DNA of 64,000 bases. Source: Octopus vulgaris (taxonomy: Eukaryota). Positions 56,639 through 64,000 of this stretch are shown here, piece after piece; position 1 is the first letter of the stretch; the number at the start of each line of letters is the position of its first letter. A program made the position numbers and the translations under genes. The notes beneath the pieces were generated by a model that made no database searches, was not told the DNA's origin, and saw only the letters and a program-made list of their open reading frames with translations. Where the stretch lies: NCBI GenBank assembly GCA_951406725.2, contig OX597830.1, positions 66,030,001 to 66,094,000 of the forward strand. Reading direction: 5' to 3'.

Positions 56639-57593
56639 GTACTTGTTTCAGTCATTTGACTGCGGCCATGCTAGCACCGCCTTTAGAGTGGTGAAAGAGT
56701 ACAGCAGGGATCACCACCATCCCCTGCCGGAGCCTCGTGGAGCTTTTAGGTGTTTTCGCTCAATATATATATATAATAAAGAGTAAAATTAATTAATCAA
56801 TAAATAACTTTTCCAAATAGTTCGGTATGTTAAAAGAACCATTATCAGTAACCTTATACAAAAATTCTATAATTATAAGTATAATTATAGAATATATATA
56901 TATATAAGCATGGCTGTGTGGTTAAGACAATTAGCTTCGGGTACTACTGCGCTGCACTTTCAGCAAGTGAATCTGATAGACAGAAACTGTGCGACTCGTC
57001 CCACCCCCCGCCCATACACGGGTGTATATATGCATCTTCGTGTATGTATTTCACAGTTTGATATATCAGGTTTGTTTTGTTATGCCTGTGACCGAGCAGT
57101 TTCGGCAAAATAAGACCGATAGTGTAAGTACCAGACTTTAACAAAAAGGCTGCTGTCCAATGACCGATCCGGTACAGTCTACCTGCAATCTTTTTCGAGA
57201 AGCGAATCGCATGAGACATGGTTTATCATCAGGCGAGTCGTACTAATCCCTTCAGTAAGTCCCGCAGGTTGCAGTTTGCTCGTGACTGCAGTAGACCAAT
57301 GATTACAGATGTTCAAGCCACAATCGTTCATTGTTCAGATATTACGTAAGAGGACTTCCAGTAGGTTGTCCCATTCCTCCTCCCCTCCTTTTTCTTTTTG
57401 TCTTTGATTCGAGGGAGATTTAACAACTGTTCCAAACAGGCCAAGCAATCACGAAGATGATTACTTACTGGCTTGTTTTAAACTTGAGTTTTTTGCAGAG
57501 AAAGTATAAGCAATTAAAATTATAGTTTTAGTAAAAAAAGAGAGACAAGCTCAGTTTTTAATATTGATTCAATGCGAAAAGTAATCAAAAATG

Positions 57594-57870
57594 ACTCTCG
57601 GACTTCGCAGTTTGCGATTCTTTTGCTCTCTCCCATATCCAGGATGGTGCGGTAAATAGGAGGGTCACTGCTTCCGTAGCCGAACGGAGCAGAAGTATCA
57701 GGACCTGTGGCGTTTGAGACATTAGGAGGGATTGGGCCACTAACCGCGAAGCTTTTCTTATCGTTTGCGGCTCACCTCACCGATGTATCAGGTGATGCCC
57801 GTAAGGTCGCTTGGCTTTTCCAACGCCTTAGCCTCGCCATCAACCCTGGTAATGCTGCGAGTGTGCTGGT
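57594..57870 (+). mobile_element. Decayed CRE-clade non-LTR retrotransposon C-terminus (restriction-like endonuclease region)
   Basis: SDFAVCDSFALSHI...ASVAE, frameshift, QKYQDL, then PVAFETLGGIG...GDARKVAWLFQRLSLAINPGNAASV; fits the CRE pattern ETLG..G...L.QRLS.AIQRGNAA. Confidence 0.8.
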
Positions 57871-58527
57871 TTACGATCAATTGAAGCACTTAGTGCTGTA
57901 TCGATGTTGTTTTTCTTTTCTCTCTCTTCTTCCCATTTTCCTTTTTTCTGATTTATTCTTTTCTTTCCTTTGTAAAAATTGTATTAGTGTACTTCGAACA
58001 TGTTTCGGTCGTACTGGACCTCCTTAACGAATCTTAGTTTAACCTTTACTGACGTTGTTAAATGACGAGAGTAGTAGTAGTATATCAGATTTTCCTGAAT
58101 GAATACGTGTCTAGTGAAATTAACCATTATCATGAATGAACACTTTACTAGTGAAATTAACCATTTATCATACATGCAATAGTGTGGGTTTCACAAATAG
58201 TTAAAAATTGCAACAAGCTGTGTACTATTAATATATAATCCTTAAATAACAAAACTGTGTAAAGAACAAAGGTGTGCGTACGGAAATAAACTGGATTCCA
58301 CTATCAGTGTTACTTATTTTATCAAAGCCCTCGTGATATTTACTGAAAATCGTGGGGCCTAAAAGCTGACGGTTTTAACTTTAACAGAATTCCAAAACTC
58401 ATCTAGCGTTACTCATGAAATACTTAATGTTTCTATGTTCAAATTCCAATGAGATCAACTTGAGCCTTTCATGTTTTAGAAATCGGTAATAAAGTGACAG
58501 CCAAGAAACTGGGGTAGATTGTTATCA

Positions 58528-58916
58528 ACTGTGGAAGCACTCCGTCGGCTACGACGACGAGGGTTCCGGTTGATCCGAATCAACGGAACAGCCTGCTCGT
58601 GAAATTAACGTGTAAGTGGCTGAGCACTCCACAGACACGTGTACCCTTAACGTAGTTCTCGGGGATATCCAGCGTGACACAGAGAGTGACAAGGCCGGCC
58701 CTTTGAAATACAGGTACAACAGAAACAGGAAGTAAGAATGAGAGAAAGTTGTGGTGAAAGAGTACAGCAGGGATCACCACCATCCCCTGCCGGAGCCTCG
58801 TGGAGCTTTTAGGTGTTTTCGCTCAATAAACACTCTTAACGCCCGGTCTGGGAATCGAAGCCACGATCCTACGACCGCGAGTCCGCTGCCCAAACCACTG
58901 GGCCATTGCGCCTCCA
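58528..58916 (-). mobile_element. OR-like SINE, tail type 3, full length
   Basis: Inverted near-identical copy of 37601-37990; GTTATCAACT / GTAATCAACT flanks. Confidence 0.9.
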
Positions 58917-59955
58917 CTGTAATCAACTAAACCCCTTTCCTCGAAATCACTGGCCTTCTGCTTAAATTAGAAACAATTATTATTGAGACTCACATAGTTA
59001 ATTTTCTTTTAGAAGTTTAGAACAAGTAAACTGTTAGATATTTTTTTTTCATTTCGTGAATAAAGGAAGCCTGTTGGTGTATCTGCCAACCTTGCCTCAC
59101 GAGTTTCTTATGTCCCGGTCGAAAAGCAGTCATAAAACATCTAGTTAAGGCCAACTTACTTCATATGTTGACTCGACGAATTTTACAATGTTAAAACGTA
59201 TATACATTTTGAAATAAAAGACACATTCAGCTCATAATTCCATCTGAATAGTGTTTCTTTACACTGTATTCCCCCGTTTACTAGTCAACTATTTTCTCTT
59301 CCACACCCTCCCAACGTATTTGATAAGCAAAAATGCAGTCTTTGTTTACAACAGTTTATTACATAACATTAACGACTTAGTAATTAATTTCACAGTAATA
59401 TCTTTAAAAATCAACATTAAGGAAAATAAACCTAGCATAAAACAGTGTGGATAATGAGTTGCAAAGAGCTTTTCAATATAGAAAACGATTTCCCCTCACT
59501 GGAATTCCTCAATTTCCACCTGCAATCTTGAAGTTTCCTCTCGGAGTGGGGTGTAGTTTCCCCCAACTCCTACACACATCTCTGGTTTAAGAATTACCGA
59601 GTTAGAACAAGAAAGAGTTACTGTCTGCAGATTACAGTGAGTTAGTGAAAAAGCATAATTAAAAATAAACTGAATTAAAAAATAAAAACTTAACCAAAAG
59701 CTTCATCGTGTAAACGTAGTAGGTGTCTTAAAATAGAAAGAAAGTAAAAACCGCATACAAACAAAAACAAAACGGTATTTGAGAGAGAGAGAGAGAGAGA
59801 GTATGAGAAGATTGGAAGTGAAAATAGAAGATGTTAGTTATAATAAATAATTTAAGAAATAAACTTTTCACCTCTCACCTACTTCATGGAAGTTTAGTTT
59901 GCTCTTAGCTTCAGCACTTTTCATAAACCAACTAACTTTTCTCTCTCTCTCTCTA

Positions 59956-59990
<35 letters not shown>

Positions 59991-61199
59991 TACATATCTG
60001 TTTAGGTCTTACTCTGTCTTTTTAATCTTTCTTTTTCTCTTACTCCCTCTCTTTCTTTCTCACTCACACTCTCACTCACTCTTTTTAGCCTTGCTCTTTT
60101 TCGCACACTTGCTTGAAGACATGCAATTAATCACATATATATATACCTATAAGTGCGTGTATTATAGTTATATATAGATATATATATATATTATAGTCAC
60201 AAGTTTAGTGTCTTCCACACACTCATTAACACTTTTTCTCCTCACCTCACCCCATACTTTTATACGGCCATTCAACTTAACTCAAACACACACGCCTTTC
60301 TGTAATTTCATATGCTCACCTCCTTACATACATACATACCTACATACTTACACACATGTAACAAACCAGCTTTATCAGCCCAGCCTTTATTGTCTGTACT
60401 TGTCTGTGAGAAATGGACACAGCCAAGTTAAATATGAAGATAGCGAAAGACTACTTCACCAGTAGTCAAAATATCGTTTTATTTCCTTCCAGAGACTTCG
60501 GGAAACGGAAATTTATCAGTTTGAGCTCAGAAAAGCAACGTGTTCAATCGGCGAAGGACACCCAAAACAACATGCGGTCTCGTAAGTAAACAATCCAAAT
60601 CATTTTATTCTAATTGCAAAAGTTTTGCTTCCTTTCCACCAACTACATGTTTTCAGCATTACCAATTTTCGACATCAATTGAAATTACCAAGGAACCTCT
60701 GTAGTTCCTTTATAAATATACACAAAAGTTTGGCGATGCAAGCAGGAAATATAGAACTCAAAACATGAGTATATATATATATATACATGAGTATATATAT
60801 ATATATATACATGAGTATATATATATGTATATGTATATTCTGATGTCATCATTGATATTAATTCCTTAACTATTGCGAAGGAACTGCAGAGATTTGGTAA
60901 ACGAATATTTCTTTTTTTTTTCTTTTCTTTTCTTTTTCCCCATTGGCATCAGACTTTGACCTAGTTTCATTTTGATTGAAAGTATGTTTGGACTCTGTTT
61001 ATATTTACACGTAAACATGACTAGTCAATCGACATTTTTACACTCCTTGAGGGGCGATACCAGCTTCGGATTTCAAGCAGCAATTGTCAAACGAAACCCA
61101 GCTTGGGTCACAGACACACATACACACACACACGCACACATTTTAACATGATATTTATTTCTGCTTTCAGTATGTATAAACTACATCAAATTATTTTAC

Positions 61200-61241
<42 letters not shown>

Positions 61242-61449
61242 CATACGCACACACACACGTATGTATATGTGTAGTGAGCATGTGTAATTATTTTAATAGT
61301 TATGTGTTTGTTTGTGTCATCATTGTCGTTTCTGCGCCGGTTTTTTCCATACTGGCAGTGGTTGTGCGGAACTTGTTGAAGCAGTATTCTTCAACTAAAC
61401 TACCTTCTCAAAGCTGATTTTTGTTGTTGCTGTTGTTGTTTTTAAAGTA

Positions 61450-61591
61450 GGCGCAGGAGTGGCTGTGTGGTAAAGTAGTTCCGGGTTCAGTCCCACTGCG
61501 TGGGGCAAGTGTCTTTCTTCTACTATAGCCTCGGGCGGACCAAAGCCTTGTGAGTGGATTTGGTAGACGGAAAACTGAAAGAAGCCCGTCG

Positions 61592-61632
<41 letters not shown>

Positions 61633-61828
61633 CTGCATTTGTCCCCCCAACATCGCTTGACAACCGATGCTGGTGTGTTTACGTCCCCGTCACCTAGCGG
61701 TTCGGCTAAAGAGACCGATAGAATAAGTACTAGACTTACCAATAATAAGACCTGGGGTCGATTTGCTCGACTTAAAGGCGGTGCTCCAGCATGGCCGCAG
61801 TCAAATGACTGAAACAAGTAAAAGAATA
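61450..61828 (+). mobile_element. SINE family A
   Basis: GGCGCAGGAGTGGCTGTGTGG head through the tail. Confidence 0.9.
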
Positions 61829-62814
61829 AGGCAGTTTATTCTGCAACTTCACATGAATTCCCGAATTGTCGAACTTTTTGTGTCGGAGGACCAGGCATAA
61901 ACAAAATCTCGGCTAGCTAAACCTAATCGATGCACACATACATGCATGTGCACACACAAAAACGCAAACGTGTGTGTGTGCGCACGTGACCATAGGTCTC
62001 TGGAAAACCTAGTGGTGGACCAAGAACTAGATGGTTGGATATTATCCATAGTCTCAGTTGGACGTGCTTGAGAACCCTTTCGCAAAGTCTAATTATGCTG
62101 CTTCTGATAGGACCCAATGTAGGAGTTGCTTCAGTCCTCTGCCTCCAACAAACATCTCAGGAATTCTGGGCTGGGCAGAGAAGATAGCTAGCTAGATATG
62201 TTTATATGTATGCATGGACAGAATTTTGGAATAAATGTGCTATATGTACATCATGAGAAAGGAAACAGGTAATTTTCTTGGGGGGGGGGGGGCATTTTTC
62301 TTCCCCCACTCCACCCTACTTTAGTAACATTTTCATTTCCATGAGAGACATCCGACTGAAAACTCACACACACACACACACACACACAATATACAAGAGG
62401 CCTCCACACGGCTTCCTTCCACTAAATTTCACCTCGAGCCACCTGTTAACCCGTGGCTACAAAAGAAGCACCACCTCAAGGTGCCCACCACCACCACCAC
62501 ACACATGCACACACAGTAGGCGCCCATGCGGCAAATTTTGCTCATAAAGCACCTGTCGACATGAGACCACAACAAATAATAGTCACCTGCTCAAGGAACC
62601 AAACTCAAAACCGGGTGATTGCAAAACGAATTTCATATATTTAAAGTCAGTGCTTTTAATAATTTAGATTAAAAAAAAAGTAAATGAAAAATTACTTCGT
62701 TGTTGCGCAGATTCTAAATATTTCATTGGACTTTGTGGAACATGCCATTGCCAGACAAACATTGAAATCACAGCTACTCTGCATTTCAGTCTAATAATAA
62801 TAATTATAAATTTA

Positions 62815-62990
62815 TTTGACTGCAGCCATGCTGGAGCACTGCCTTTAGTCGAGCAAATCGACCCCGGGACTTATTCTTTGTAAGCCCAGTACTTATTCTA
62901 TTGGTCTCTTTTGCCGAACCGCTAAGTGACAGGGACATAAACACACCAGCATCGGTTGTCAAGCAATGCTAGGGGGACAAACATATATAT

Positions 62991-63062
<72 letters not shown>

Positions 63063-63263
63063 GTGCAGGTGGCACGTAAAAGCCCCACATACATATATAC
63101 GACAGGCTTCTTTCAGTTTCCGTCTACCAAATCCACTCACAAGGCATTGGTCGGCCCGAGGCTATAGCAGAAGACACTTGCCCAAGATGCCACGCAGTGG
63201 GACTGAACCGGGAACCATGTGGTTGGTAGGCAAGCTACTTACCACACAGCCACTCCTGCGCCT
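62815..63263 (-). mobile_element. SINE family A
   Basis: Matches 21191-21575; ATAAATTTATT on both flanks. Confidence 0.9.
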
Positions 63264-63564
63264 ATAAATTTATTATAAATTTATTGATTTTTTTTTTTTT
63301 GCTTGTTAAATTTTGTCCATATTGGGGTATCAAATTCAAGGATTTTAGTTGACCCTACCCACTTTTAATACTATCTCTGGTACTTTGGATTGCACTACCT
63401 ATGTTCAGTTGTCTGCAGGATGAAGGCATCAGCATGTTCTGTCCACCAACCATGGTTTGATGTAGAGGCCATGAATTTGAGCTTGAGTTCATACTCATTA
63501 GATGGGCCAACTCTGCTACACTGGCTTGACAGAGGAGTGCAGTTTTTATACTCTTACCCAGGAG

Positions 63565-63740
63565 GAGTCAAGTCGGTTACATTGACCCCCCAGTGCTCAA
63601 CTGGTATTTATTTTATTGACCCCAAAAGGATGAAAGGCAAAGTCAGCCTTGATGAAATTTGAACTCAGAACCTAAGGGTATGAAATACCGCTATGCATTT
63701 TGCCCAGAATCCAGCATGCTAGCAATTCCACTAGCTCACC
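63565..63740 (-). mobile_element. Degenerate SINE family B
   Basis: GACCCCAAAAGGATGAAAGGCAAAGTC...TTTGAACTCAGAAC. Confidence 0.75.
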
Positions 63741-64000
63741 ATCTGGTTCTTACTTTATTAATATTGTTAGAAATAAAATGCATGTTGTACTTAACATTAA
63801 AATATAACCCGGACTGACTTAAATACTGGTGTTTTTATGTAGGCATGGCTTAATGGTTAAGATCTTCCCCTCACACCTTGGTTCCAAGTTTTGCTGCACT
63901 GCAGGTGTCCTCTACTACAATCTTCATAGTGCTGGTAGCATGAAAAAGACAGTTAGTACATGCTGTAAAGCGGTTGGTATCAGAATGGCATCCAGCTGTA

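Overview
AT-rich, repeat-dense eukaryotic non-coding DNA (intronic or intergenic). The SINE families resemble those I recall from octopus/coleoid cephalopods; this is recognition, not a database result. No intact protein-coding gene is visible, and almost all long ORFs in the track are microsatellite artefacts. The window holds dozens of tRNA-derived SINEs from about five families, several MITEs (hAT, mariner, pogo/Tigger, piggyBac-like), decayed CR1 and CRE LINE 3' ends, foldback elements in (TA)n tracts, and two weak candidate exons. The most notable signal is two type I hammerhead ribozyme motifs. One (minus strand, 37222-37280) has a complete core and sits in a 360-nt unit bounded by 73-nt direct repeats, a retrozyme or Penelope-pLTR-like layout. 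The other is a minimal variant (plus strand, 39411-39445) about 2 kb away. Repeat boundaries are read by eye and approximate unless TIRs/TSDs are quoted.
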